Shown piece after piece: positions 28,759 to 38,268 of a stretch of DNA of 64,000 nucleotides. The stretch lies in assembly GCA_045652425.1 (NCBI GenBank), contig JAZRUG010000017.1, positions 16,003-80,002 on the forward strand, in the 5' to 3' direction. Numbering within the stretch: the stretch's first letter is position 1; every line of letters begins with the position of its first letter. The stretch is from Eubacteriales bacterium (GTDB lineage: Bacteria; Bacillota; Clostridia; Oscillospirales; CAG-272). Made by a program: the position numbers and the translations under genes. Under the pieces are notes generated by a model. That model had not been told where the DNA came from. It was given only the letters and a program-made list of their open reading frames with translations, and searched no databases.

Positions 28759-29724
28759 TTACTGATTATAAGTCAATCTGTAATATATATCGCTGTGCCA
28801 TACAGTACCCGCTTTTGCAGATATATTTTTTGCAATATTAAAATATATCTTATTATCAAGGCATCTTGCAAATCTAATGCAAAGATGCGTATCTATTTGC
28901 GTATCGGGAATTGTTCCATCAACAACTTTGTATCCGCCTTCAACGGCAAATCCGCTATTCTTTCCGTAAACCTTAACCGCTGTAGATAGAGTGTCATAAC
29001 AAAAGCCCTCGCTGAATTTTCCGTCAAGACTTTCGCCGTAAGAAGTCGTATCAAAACTTTTAAGCAGTTTTCCGCCCTCTCTGTCGTAAAATTCCACCGT
29101 ATCGGTAAGAATCTCCTCCGTATTTGCCGGATTTATTCTCTGAACTGTCAGCATAGGCGTATATGCCGCAACAAAGGGTTTGGAATCGTTTATCCACTCA
29201 ATATACTGCGAAAGATTTAAAGTATTACCCGAAACGGTATATTTTTGCTTATGTAAAACAAGTTTTTCCGTCGGTGTGTTACATCTGTATAGATGTGAAT
29301 TTTCAACAAATTCAAAACTTTCAAAGCTACCGAAATACGCTTTGTCAAGTGCAGTTTCAACTCCGTTTAATTTCAAAGAAACGTTGGTCATAACTTCATC
29401 GCCGTGAAAACCGCCGCAGAAATCCCCCGCGCCCTTTTCACAGAATGCAAAGCCAACCTCTCCTCCCTGCAAAGCACGGAATTTTATTGTAAAAACCTCT
29501 CCCTCAAGTTTACCGATATATGCCTCTCTTATACGGTAAAACTCACAGTTTGCCGCGTCATTCGGTCCTCCCGAATATTCAAGTTCAGGCTTTATTGGAT
29601 TTTTCACGTAGACAAATCTATATTCCGCATAATCCTCTTCCCCTGCGGGTAAGTATAAACAAAAATCTGAATATTCATTTTCATTATTAGGTGAAAATAT
29701 TTTTATATATGTCTTTTTTTCCAT
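28759..29724 (-). CDS. Hypothetical protein (beta-rich, no motif recognised)
   Basis: 321-aa ORF with its own terminator and a clean intergenic upstream region. I recognise no family. Confidence 0.55.
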   Translation of the reverse strand: MEKKTYIKIFSPNNENEYSDFCLYLPAGEEDYAEYRFVYVKNPIKPELEYSGGPNDAANCEFYRIREAYIGKLEGEVFTIKFRALQGGEVGFAFCEKGAGDFCGGFHGDEVMTNVSLKLNGVETALDKAYFGSFESFEFVENSHLYRCNTPTEKLVLHKQKYTVSGNTLNLSQYIEWINDSKPFVAAYTPMLTVQRINPANTEEILTDTVEFYDREGGKLLKSFDTTSYGESLDGKFSEGFCYDTLSTAVKVYGKNSGFAVEGGYKVVDGTIPDTQIDTHLCIRFARCLDNKIYFNIAKNISAKAGTVWHSDIYYRLTYNQ

Positions 29725-29937
29725 GTTTCTTTTGTCCTTCGACAGCGCTTATTTTGTTATTGTTTTTATTTTAGTATATAAAAATACGTTTGTCAATAAA
29801 AGCTCACAAACAAATAATTCAATAAGAAAAAGTAAATGATACAAGTTCCCTCTAAACTTATATTAAACTATTGCAATTACATAGGAAAAAGAAGTATAAT
29901 AAAAAAAAGACCTTCATTAAGAAAGGTACAAAGCACT

Positions 29938-30696
29938 ATGAATCAATATTTAAAAAATCTAACAAAATGCGAATTCGTTATAACCAACGACTGCACGGGT
30001 AAATGCAAACATTGTTCCGAGGGCGACCACGGTATATGCGGCGAAAGAATTGACCCCCATATTGCCGCCGACGCTGTAAGAAAGGTTGCATCTGAATACC
30101 ATATAGAAACGGTTATGGCTTTTGGCGGCGAACCTCTTTTGTATATAGACTCTGTAACTGCAATAATGACCGCCGCACGTGAAACGAACGTTCCGAAAAG
30201 GCAGATAATAACCAACGGATATTTTTCAAAAGATAAATATCATATTTGTGAAACGATAAAACGCCTTGCCGACTGCGGTGTAAACGATATTCTCTTGTCC
30301 GTAGATGCCTTTCACCAGGAAACGATACCGCTTGAAACAGTAAAAATATTCGCAAAAACGGTTAAAACTTACGGCATACCTATAAGACTCCAACCTGCCT
30401 GGCTTGTTTCCGCCGACAACAATAACCCCTACAACATAAAAACACGCGAAATCCTTGACAGCTTCAAAGATATGGAACTTTACGAAAATGAAGGAAATAT
30501 AATTTTCCCCGAAGGTAACGCAAAAAAATATCTGGCAGAATATTTTACCTTGAAAATCCCCGAAAATCCATATATAGAAAACCCTTATGACGTCCGTTGC
30601 ATATCTTTTGACCACCAAGGCAACGTGCTTGACGGAAATATATACACCGATGATATTATGTGTATTATACGCAAATATACCCCTAAAATCTTATAA
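29938..30696 (+). CDS. Radical SAM domain protein
   Basis: CTGKCKHC (CxxxCxxC) 20 aa from ATG 29938, then GGEPLL. Confidence 0.75.
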   Translation: MNQYLKNLTKCEFVITNDCTGKCKHCSEGDHGICGERIDPHIAADAVRKVASEYHIETVMAFGGEPLLYIDSVTAIMTAARETNVPKRQIITNGYFSKDKYHICETIKRLADCGVNDILLSVDAFHQETIPLETVKIFAKTVKTYGIPIRLQPAWLVSADNNNPYNIKTREILDSFKDMELYENEGNIIFPEGNAKKYLAEYFTLKIPENPYIENPYDVRCISFDHQGNVLDGNIYTDDIMCIIRKYTPKIL

Positions 30697-31038
30697 CTAC
30701 AAATTCATAAGAAGGGTAATTTCTTCTGACTGCTTACCAACAAGACACTCAAACTCTTCTGCAGTTGCAACGGGATTATCGGTTTTATAACGTACTGTAA
30801 TAATGTCTCCTTCAGAAATTCCTACATAATTTGCGTCATCCTTCGCGTGTTTAAAAGAAAGCACCGCGCAAGAAGTTGGCCAAAGAATATCACGCAATTC
30901 TTTTCCTACTGCAAAAGAATCCTTATTTACTGTAAGAGGTGCTTCTATAACTGTCGGCTCTTTGCCCTTGCTGATAGAACAAATCTTTGTTTTTATAACT
31001 GTGTCTGAAAAATCTTCAAGACCTGACACCTCTACCAT
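30697..31038 (-). CDS. TrkA-C (RCK_C)-like domain protein, separated from the ClC channel gene by the inserted element
   Basis: 113 aa with the pattern SFAVGKELRDI...VLSFKH...ISEGDIITVRY, typical of TrkA-C. No RBS upstream; the ATG abuts the attL palindrome. Confidence 0.6.
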   Translation of the reverse strand: MVEVSGLEDFSDTVIKTKICSISKGKEPTVIEAPLTVNKDSFAVGKELRDILWPTSCAVLSFKHAKDDANYVGISEGDIITVRYKTDNPVATAEEFECLVGKQSEEITLLMNL

Positions 31039-31040
31039 AT

Positions 31041-31082
31041 CGAGTGTTCATAACCAACTTGAAGGTTGGAAATGAGCACTCG
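31041..31082. repeat. Putative attL (imperfect palindrome)
   Basis: cgagtgttcataaccaac-ttgaag-gttggaaatgagcactcg. The arms are 15/18 complementary; the AGGTTGG core lies at 31063-31069. Confidence 0.6.
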
Positions 31083-31148
31083 ATTTCTTTTTGTCCGTAA
31101 AATAAGCATTTCCTTTGATGTTTTGAGTAGGCTTCGGCCTACTCTTTT

Positions 31149-32852
31149 TTATATGGCGCTTGGCAAATATTCTACCGCCACACCTTGTCTTGTATTGAGT
31201 TTAACAGGTCTTGGCTTTGGTACTTCGGGTAGAGCGATACATCCTATGAACTTGTAGTGGATTTTGAAGTGTTGTGTACGATTCTTGCCCACGCCCTCAA
31301 TATGACAAACCTCTATGCGTTCAATTAATTCTTTGAGTAGTGGTGCTGTCAGCTTGTCCATCTCCATAAACTTGCGAACGGCGGATATGAAGTTATCCTT
31401 ATTTTGCTTAATACTGTCGATAGATAACAAACGTTCGTGGGCATCTTCATTCTTGGCTTTCAGTTCCATTCGTTCCTCTCCGTACTTTTGAGATTGAATC
31501 ATAAACCATTCGTCTGTAACTTCACCGTTTATGTTCTTCTCATAAAGTTTTTCAAAGAATACCTCAACCTTTTTCATACGAGATTTTGATTTTTGAATTA
31601 CCGACTCCAAGTGCTTTTGCTCTTTGATGGCATCCTCGTTGCTTTTCTCGGCTAACATCTCGGCAAAGGTGTCCTTATCGTCATAGAGAAACTGAGCTAA
31701 CCACCGAAGTTCCATCATCACAATTTGCTCCAAAGCATCCGCACGGATATAATGGGTGGATTTGCAGGTCCCACGATTGCCTTTGTAGTTACCGCAACTA
31801 AAGAACGGTATATCTGTTTTGTCGTGCTTTACGTTAAACCACAGTTTGCTACCGCAGTCAGCACAGTAAACTAAATCGCAAAACATATTCTTTTCAGCGT
31901 TAGTGGGTTTTGGTGCTCGACGTTTCGTTTTAGCAACTAACTCTTGCACTCGCTCAAAGGTTTCTCGGTCAATGATTGGCTCGTGAACGTTTTTGAAGAT
32001 AACCCAATTCTCTTTGGGATTATCAATGCGTTGCTTATGCTTAAAACTTTTTGAGTAAGTTTTGAAGTTGATAATATCACCGCAATATTCTTGCTGAGAT
32101 AATATCTTCGCCACCGTAGTCTTGCACCATTTATAAGGGTTCTCTTGTGTCTTTTTACCGCCACGCCCAAGCCCTTGACTTTGCCAATATGCCATCGGTA
32201 CCAAGACCTTGTTTTCTTGCAAAATGCGAGCAATCGTTTCGTTGCCTTTGCCCTCCAAACACATACGAAAGATATCTCTCACAACTTGTGCAACATTGTT
32301 GTCAATGTTCCATTTCTTTTTGTTCATAGGATCTTTCATATATCCGTAAGGCGGTTGAGATAACGGTTCTCCCGCATTTCCACGAAGTCTGTGGGATGAA
32401 CGAACCTTTCGGGAAATATCCCTTGCATACATCTCGTTCATAACATTGCGGAATGGCGTAAGTTCGTTTTCACCATCTGCACTATCCACACAGTCGTTGA
32501 CTGCAATGAAACGGATATCTCTGTCTGGGAAATAGGTGTCAGTGTAAAATCCAACTTGCAGATAATCTCGACCAATTCGGGACATATCTTTTACAATTAC
32601 AACCGACACATAACCCATATCAATATCCTCAAGTAACTTTTGAAAGCCTGGTCGATTGAAGTTTGTGCCGGTATATCCGTCATCTACATAATTACGTGTG
32701 TTACTGAACCTGTGCTCTTTGGCATATTTCTGCAAGAGCTTCTTTTGGTTGATGATGGAGTTGCTATCGTTGTCGGTTCCGTCATCACGAGAGAGTCTGC
32801 AGTATAGGGCGGTAATTCCTATTTGCTCTTTCTTTTTTGATTTCGACTGCAT
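31149..32852 (-). CDS. Large serine recombinase (resolvase N-terminus, recombinase + zinc-ribbon, DUF4368-like C-terminus)
   Basis: ALYCRLSRDDG (catalytic Ser region), VIVKDMSRIGRDY, and a Cys cluster CADCGSKLW...CGNYKG..GTC. Start at ATG 32852 behind AGGAGG. Confidence 0.9.
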   Translation of the reverse strand: MQSKSKKKEQIGITALYCRLSRDDGTDNDSNSIINQKKLLQKYAKEHRFSNTRNYVDDGYTGTNFNRPGFQKLLEDIDMGYVSVVIVKDMSRIGRDYLQVGFYTDTYFPDRDIRFIAVNDCVDSADGENELTPFRNVMNEMYARDISRKVRSSHRLRGNAGEPLSQPPYGYMKDPMNKKKWNIDNNVAQVVRDIFRMCLEGKGNETIARILQENKVLVPMAYWQSQGLGRGGKKTQENPYKWCKTTVAKILSQQEYCGDIINFKTYSKSFKHKQRIDNPKENWVIFKNVHEPIIDRETFERVQELVAKTKRRAPKPTNAEKNMFCDLVYCADCGSKLWFNVKHDKTDIPFFSCGNYKGNRGTCKSTHYIRADALEQIVMMELRWLAQFLYDDKDTFAEMLAEKSNEDAIKEQKHLESVIQKSKSRMKKVEVFFEKLYEKNINGEVTDEWFMIQSQKYGEERMELKAKNEDAHERLLSIDSIKQNKDNFISAVRKFMEMDKLTAPLLKELIERIEVCHIEGVGKNRTQHFKIHYKFIGCIALPEVPKPRPVKLNTRQGVAVEYLPSAI

Positions 32853-33082
32853 TAGTCCTCCTTTCCGGCAGTCGAACACGCTTTTCCAACTGCCATTATA
32901 TCAAATCCGCATTTTCTGTTCAAATGTGCAAATTGTTCTTTTAACGCTTTGCCAAAGCGCTGGGTGATACTTTGGTGTTCTTTGATTTTGGCAGTTTGAA
33001 AAGATGAGCTAATAATATATTTGACACCATTGATTTCATATTCGTGGTTCCGATCTACAAGTCCCACAATAAATTTGTCCAT
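32852..33082 (-). CDS. Small protein translationally coupled to the recombinase, function unknown
   Basis: 76-aa ORF with AGGAGG upstream. Its TAA shares a base with the recombinase ATG (TAATG). Confidence 0.5.
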   Translation of the reverse strand: MDKFIVGLVDRNHEYEINGVKYIISSSFQTAKIKEHQSITQRFGKALKEQFAHLNRKCGFDIMAVGKACSTAGKED

Positions 33083-33142
33083 TAGATTCCTCCTTCTATT
33101 TATGGGGTATTAGGGGTGAACCCCCCTAACAAGGTGCGTTTG

Positions 33143-33217
33143 TGGATATCCACGCACGATGCTTGCGAAGACAAGGACGTGCAAAAAATGGATATCCAAA
33201 CGTGATGCTTGCGAGAC
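33143..33217. repeat. Two ~30-nt direct repeats, each containing the GGATATCC palindrome
   Basis: tggatatccacgcacgatgcttgcgaagac (33143-33172) and tggatatccaaacgtgatgcttgcgagac (33189-33217), about 83% identical. They lie upstream of the small-ORF/recombinase operon. Confidence 0.7.
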
Positions 33218-33585
33218 TAATGACATTATGATGTAATGCCATCCCCTAAAGAAACATTGCCGTTCTACCTAAATGCAGTTCCTGCCTCGGATTTTCACCG
33301 TGACGTTGTTTCGCTCGCTATGAACAAGATCAAAGGTTATCGCAAAATCGTATCTCATTTAGACGGTCATTCAATTTTCACCCCCCTCACATAACGTCAA
33401 AAACCGAGGAAAATATGCATAGTTTTTTAAAAAATATTTTACCCCTCATGTGGTAGGCATCGAAAAAGGCTAAAACTAAACACAAAACTGAAATTATTGC
33501 AAAAAATAAAAGCCGCCACACAACATCTAAAAAGGATGCCGTATGACGACGCAGATCATAAAAGGAGTTATTTAGTTTTTTGCTG

Positions 33586-33614
33586 TTTACATTTGCTATA
33601 AAAAATGTTATAAT
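33586..33614 (+). promoter_or_regulatory. Sigma-70-type promoter of the six-gene plus-strand operon
   Basis: TTTACA (33586-33591), 17-nt spacer, extended -10 TGtTATAAT (33606-33614), about 37 nt upstream of ATG 33651. Confidence 0.55.
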
Positions 33615-33650
33615 ATTTTTAACGTATATCAACACAATGGAGATAATGTT

Positions 33651-33848
33651 ATGAATTTTGCAGAAAAAGTAAAATATGTTAGAACAGAATTAAAGTTGTC
33701 TCAAGAAGATTTGGCGCGAGAATTGGGTGTGAGCTTTGCAACTATCAATCGATGGGAGAATGGTAGCTATAATCCAAGTCGGTTAGCAAAAAAGGCTTTT
33801 GAAGACTTTTGTAGCAATCAAAATATCAAATTTGAGGTAGCAATATGA
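33651..33848 (+). CDS. XRE-family HTH protein (possible controller of the downstream R-M genes)
   Basis: 65 aa: KVKYVRTELKLSQEDLARELGVSFATINRWENG. Its stop overlaps the next start (ATGA). Confidence 0.8.
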   Translation: MNFAEKVKYVRTELKLSQEDLARELGVSFATINRWENGSYNPSRLAKKAFEDFCSNQNIKFEVAI

Positions 33849-34681
33849 GAATAGTACAAGATTTTACCGACAATGAGCTTAAGGCCGTTCTAAATGATTT
33901 TTATTCCTATTTTAAAACAGGTTTCGAATTCGAAGAGTTCTTAAAACCTTTTTTAGAGTCTATCGGTCTTTCTGAAGTTGTTGTTACCAAAAAAACAGGT
34001 GATGGCGGTATAGATTTAGAAGCGGTAAAGGAAGGCCTTTCTGAAATCAATAATGTAGATAGCGTGAAATATCGAATTCAGGCAAAAAGGAATTCACCTT
34101 CAAGAACTATTCCTCCTGAGAAAATCGATGCATTAAGAGGTAACCTTTGTTTCAATGAAAAAGGATTATTTATCACCACTGCTAAGGTATCTGACAAAGC
34201 AAAAGAGCAAGCTATTTCTAAGGATCCATCCAAACCGGTCTTTGTTATCGACGGAATTGATTTAGTCAGAATTTGCATCGACAGACAAATTGGATTTGCC
34301 TATAAACCTATATTCAGTAAAAGTGCGCTCGACTTGTTTACAAACAAAAATAAATCTCCTGAAATCAATACAAATCTTTCATCCGAGTTAAGTTGTGTTG
34401 AAAAAACAATTACAACTAACGATGTTCGTGTATACATAATTTCACTTCCAAGAATTATCGTAGACAAAATTGAAAATAATAACGAAAAGCATCCTATGAA
34501 ACTCATTGTAAACAGTGACGATTCTTATGATGTGACATTTTGTCCAAGTAGAAACTATCTTTCTCAAGTTACGAGTATATTCCGAAAATACGGATTATTA
34601 CAAGAAGACGGAACTATAGTCGAGAAAAAAGCAAAATGGGCAATTGATGCACAACAAAATATTTATTTAACGATATTGTGA
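33845..34681 (+). CDS. Mrr-cat-type PD-(D/E)xK restriction endonuclease with an extra C-terminal (possibly B3-like DNA-binding) domain
   Basis: FEFEEFLKPFLESIGL...KKTGDGGIDLEAV...YRIQAKR is the Mrr_cat signature. The C-terminal ~110 aa (VRVYIISLPRIIVDKI...) was assigned only by loose resemblance. Confidence 0.7.
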   Translation: MRIVQDFTDNELKAVLNDFYSYFKTGFEFEEFLKPFLESIGLSEVVVTKKTGDGGIDLEAVKEGLSEINNVDSVKYRIQAKRNSPSRTIPPEKIDALRGNLCFNEKGLFITTAKVSDKAKEQAISKDPSKPVFVIDGIDLVRICIDRQIGFAYKPIFSKSALDLFTNKNKSPEINTNLSSELSCVEKTITTNDVRVYIISLPRIIVDKIENNNEKHPMKLIVNSDDSYDVTFCPSRNYLSQVTSIFRKYGLLQEDGTIVEKKAKWAIDAQQNIYLTIL

Positions 34682-34688
34682 GGATACT

Positions 34689-35723
34689 ATGAATTATATT
34701 GGTTCTAAATATTCTTTAATAGATTTTTTGGAAGAGTCTATTAATAAAACCTTAAAATTGTGCGGCGAAGATAGAAAATCGTCTGAAATGGTGTTTGCCG
34801 ATTTGTTTGCAGGAACTGGCGTGGTTAGTGGTTCGTTTAAAAAACAAGGGTATTCTATAATAGCAAACGACATTCAATACTATAGTTACGTTATAACAAA
34901 ACACATGATTGAAAATAACGGAAACTTGGATAAAAAACATTGCAATGAACTTATAGATGAATTAAACCGTTTGGACGGGATAGAAGGTTTCATTTATGAA
35001 AACTATTCTTATGAAGGAACTGCAGAACAAGAATTTAGAAGAATGTATTTTTCGGAATACAATGCTAAGAAATGCGATGCAATAAGAACTACTATAGAAG
35101 AATGGCTTGTTAACGGTAAAATAACTGAAAATGAATACTATTTCCTACTAGGTTCCTTGATTAATAGCATTGACAAATGCGCCAATACTGCTTCAGTGTA
35201 TGGGGCTTTTTTGAAAAAATTAAAGAAATCCGCATTGAAAGAAATGGAATTATCACCACTTCCAATTATGCAAGGTTCTGTTGAATGCAGAGTTTATAAT
35301 GAAGATATAAGTGAGTTAATCAAAAACGTTTCCGGCGATATTCTTTATCTAGATCCCCCATACAATGCCCGTCAGTATTGCTCTAATTATCATATGCTCG
35401 AAACGATAGCCAGATATGATAATCCTAAAATCAAAGGCAAAACAGGATTAAGAAATTATGAAGATCAAAAAAGCGTGTTTTGTATGAAAAACAAGGTTGA
35501 AGCTGCATTTGCCGAATTAATTAAAAACGCAAAATTCAAATACATATTTTTAAGTTATAACAACGAGGGATTAATGTCTTTCGATACTATTGAAAAAATA
35601 ATGAAAAAATATGGCAAATATAAAGTCTATATGCAACAATATCGCCGTTTTAAAGCGGATAATGCTAGAGACTGCAAATCTGATTCAACGATTGAATATT
35701 TACACTGCTTAATAAAGGAGTAA
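34689..35723 (+). CDS. D12 (Dam)-class N6-adenine DNA methyltransferase
   Basis: N-terminal YIGSK, motif I FADLFAGTGVV, motif IV LYLDPPYN. Confidence 0.85.
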   Translation: MNYIGSKYSLIDFLEESINKTLKLCGEDRKSSEMVFADLFAGTGVVSGSFKKQGYSIIANDIQYYSYVITKHMIENNGNLDKKHCNELIDELNRLDGIEGFIYENYSYEGTAEQEFRRMYFSEYNAKKCDAIRTTIEEWLVNGKITENEYYFLLGSLINSIDKCANTASVYGAFLKKLKKSALKEMELSPLPIMQGSVECRVYNEDISELIKNVSGDILYLDPPYNARQYCSNYHMLETIARYDNPKIKGKTGLRNYEDQKSVFCMKNKVEAAFAELIKNAKFKYIFLSYNNEGLMSFDTIEKIMKKYGKYKVYMQQYRRFKADNARDCKSDSTIEYLHCLIKE

Positions 35724-35726
35724 CTC

Positions 35727-36884
35727 ATGGAAGAAATGAACATCAAAGAAGAATTGAATTTAGACGGAATCGACACAGAAATCGAAGAAAATATAGTAGA
35801 ATCTAGCGAAATTTCTATGCAAAGTTTGGAAAACACTATTGTTGTTCCGATGGACTTATCTGTAGAAATGGTTACGGCGTGGTATAAGTCAAAAAAACTA
35901 TCATTAGATCCTGTGTTTCAAAGGAGATATGTGTGGAACGATGTACTAAAATCTGCCTTTATAGAATCACTTATTTTAAATGTTCCTATTCCTTCGTTAA
36001 TGCTTGCTAACGATACAGAGAATAACAGATTTATAGTTATTGATGGAAAGCAAAGACTTAATGCTATTATAAGCTTTATTGCGCCTGAAAACGAAGGCAA
36101 AGGGTTTAGACTTAAAGGATTAAATGTTTTAAAAGAACTAAACGGTTACACTTATAAAAAATTGCTTTCTGATAGCACAAAAACTCAGTATTTGAGCAAA
36201 ATTGAGAATGCTTTAATTAAAACCAGTGTTCTAAAAAATTATAATACCGATATTCTATACTTTATATTTAATAGGTTAAATGGTGGTGGGGTCCCTCTTT
36301 CGCCTCACGAACTAAGACAGTCATTATATGCAGGACAATTTATCAACTTTATTAACGAATACTCTGCAGAATCTAAAGGTATAAGACGAATGCTTAATCT
36401 AAAGAACCCTGACAAACGTATGCGCGATGCCGAATTGTTAGTGCGTTATTATGCATTCAAATATTATGGAGCAGAGTATAACGGAAATATAAACGAGTTT
36501 TTTAATAAAACTTGTGAAAAATTAAATCTCGAATGGCAAACAAAAGCAGAAACCGTTAAAAAAGATGCGCAAGAATTTGAGTTTGCGGTGGAATTTATTT
36601 ATTCGCACTTTGGCGACGATGCTTTTAAAGTGTTCTTTGTAAAAGAGACGGGAGAAGAATATTTCGGCCCATTCAATAGACCGATGTTTGATTTACTAAC
36701 TAGTATCTTTTCCGACTCTTCAAAAAGAGAGTTTGTTGAAAAGAAAAACATCAACTTGAAAGAGTTTGTAATCAATTTATTTAAAACAAACAAGGATTTT
36801 GCAGATGCTTTCTTGCCAACAACCCACTCTAAGGAAAAGAATAATACTAGAATAACTGAGTTTACAAAAGCTCTCTTTGTATAG
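35727..36884 (+). CDS. DUF262 (ParB/GmrS-like) domain protein lacking a recognisable DUF1524/HNH C-terminus
   Basis: DPVFQRRYVWN, VIDGKQRLNAI and FNRLNGGGVPLSPHELRQS are the three DUF262 hallmarks. Confidence 0.8.
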   Translation: MEEMNIKEELNLDGIDTEIEENIVESSEISMQSLENTIVVPMDLSVEMVTAWYKSKKLSLDPVFQRRYVWNDVLKSAFIESLILNVPIPSLMLANDTENNRFIVIDGKQRLNAIISFIAPENEGKGFRLKGLNVLKELNGYTYKKLLSDSTKTQYLSKIENALIKTSVLKNYNTDILYFIFNRLNGGGVPLSPHELRQSLYAGQFINFINEYSAESKGIRRMLNLKNPDKRMRDAELLVRYYAFKYYGAEYNGNINEFFNKTCEKLNLEWQTKAETVKKDAQEFEFAVEFIYSHFGDDAFKVFFVKETGEEYFGPFNRPMFDLLTSIFSDSSKREFVEKKNINLKEFVINLFKTNKDFADAFLPTTHSKEKNNTRITEFTKALFV

Positions 36885-36895
36885 GGATATAGGAT

Positions 36896-37477
36896 ATGAC
36901 GAATGAATATCAACATCTCCAGCGAAGGCTTCAATCTATTTCTGCAACATTTGAAGTTTTAATGCCGGATGATCCGTTGGATGAGGCATTAGAAGATAAG
37001 CAAAACATAATTAAATCATATATTTTGTTATGCCACGCTGAGTTTGAAAAGTATTTCGAAGACATTGCTTTGGGGATAATTAAAAAAGCAAAGGAACTAT
37101 ATGATTCGAGGAATGAAACAAGTGAGCCGTTGCTTCATCTAGCCTTGATGTTAAAAAAAGATTTTACTAATGAAGGTGCTAAGGCAAGACTTGATAAATT
37201 GTTTTCAAATTATCGAGCACTTCTTGATAAAAATCACGGAATCAAGAAAGCAAACATCGACGAAATGTTTGCTCCTTTGGGTATGCCGATAAGTGGCATG
37301 TCCGATACATACCTAGAAGCGTTGGAAAGTTTCGGGAAGAAACGAGGACAAATTGCTCACAATGTTAAAGAGGCGTTAACTACTACATATAGTTTTTCAA
37401 TTGAAAAAACTGCAATAAATGCGTTGCTTAATGATACTTTAAGCGAAATTGATGAAAAAGCAGAGAGGTTACTTTGA
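36896..37477 (+). CDS. HEPN-superfamily-like protein (Rx4H motif)
   Basis: 193-aa all-helical-looking protein with KKRGQIAHN (R-x4-H) near the C-terminus and CHAEFEKYFEDIA in the N-terminal half. Resembles MAE_28990/RiboL-PSP-type HEPN by pattern only. Confidence 0.5.
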   Translation: MTNEYQHLQRRLQSISATFEVLMPDDPLDEALEDKQNIIKSYILLCHAEFEKYFEDIALGIIKKAKELYDSRNETSEPLLHLALMLKKDFTNEGAKARLDKLFSNYRALLDKNHGIKKANIDEMFAPLGMPISGMSDTYLEALESFGKKRGQIAHNVKEALTTTYSFSIEKTAINALLNDTLSEIDEKAERLL

Positions 37478-38268
37478 TTATGGGTAAAATAAACGACCTT
37501 GATATGTCAAAATGGAAGGAAATTAATGATGTATGGTTAGATAGTCTTTGGATAATCCCACAAAGAGATAATTCCGGAGCTCATGATGGTCATTATCATG
37601 GAAATTTTGTTCCTCAAATACCGCATCAGCTTTTGACACGATACACGAAAGCTGGAGATTTTGTTTTAGACCCTTTTGCCGGAAGCGGAACCACCTTGAT
37701 AGAAGCTCAACGGATGGGTAGAAATTCTATAGGTATCGAATTGCAACAAGATGTAGCTATGGAGGCTATTAAAAGAATTCACTCAGAACAAAGAGAAGGA
37801 ATTATAGCTGATACATTTGTGGATGATAGCAGAACCTTTGATACGAATAGAATATTAAGCACATACAATATTAAAAATGTGCAGTTTATAATTTATCATC
37901 CTCCATATTGGGATATTATAAAATTTAGTGAAGACGGAAATGATTTATCTAATGCTAAAACCTTAGAGGCATTCATAGAAAATTTCCGATTAGTTGTGCG
38001 AAACACTTCGGCAATATTGGAGAAAGGAAGATATTGTGCCGTAGTAATCGGAGATAAGTATGCAAATAGCCAACTAGTTCCGCTGGGCTTCTACTGTATG
38101 CAAGCAATGCAGCAAGAAGGGCTAACTCTTAAAGCCACGATTGTAAAGAATTTTGAAGAAACTAAGGGCAAAGCAAATCAAAAAGCCCTTTGGAGACAAA
38201 GAGCTTTGCAAAATGGTTTGTATCTATTTAAACACGAATATATTTTCTTATTCAAAAAGGAGAAGTGA
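37474..38268 (+). CDS. Amino (N6A or N4C) DNA methyltransferase, motif I before motif IV
   Basis: VLDPFAGSGTTLIEA (motif I) followed about 70 aa later by IIYHPPYWD (motif IV). 4-nt overlap with the preceding gene. Confidence 0.8.
   Translation: MIMGKINDLDMSKWKEINDVWLDSLWIIPQRDNSGAHDGHYHGNFVPQIPHQLLTRYTKAGDFVLDPFAGSGTTLIEAQRMGRNSIGIELQQDVAMEAIKRIHSEQREGIIADTFVDDSRTFDTNRILSTYNIKNVQFIIYHPPYWDIIKFSEDGNDLSNAKTLEAFIENFRLVVRNTSAILEKGRYCAVVIGDKYANSQLVPLGFYCMQAMQQEGLTLKATIVKNFEETKGKANQKALWRQRALQNGLYLFKHEYIFLFKKEK

Noticed and set aside
31125-31150. Hairpin gagtaggc-ttcg-gcctactc + T-run as part of the att site
   Set aside because: It lies about 45 nt inside the element, directly after the recombinase stop, and has no counterpart at the other end. 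It is more simply a terminator or insulator hairpin.
33387-33635. 82-aa minus-strand ORF in the island's non-coding region
   Set aside because: The translation is hydrophobic and low-complexity, there is no RBS, and it overlaps the predicted promoter of the plus-strand operon.
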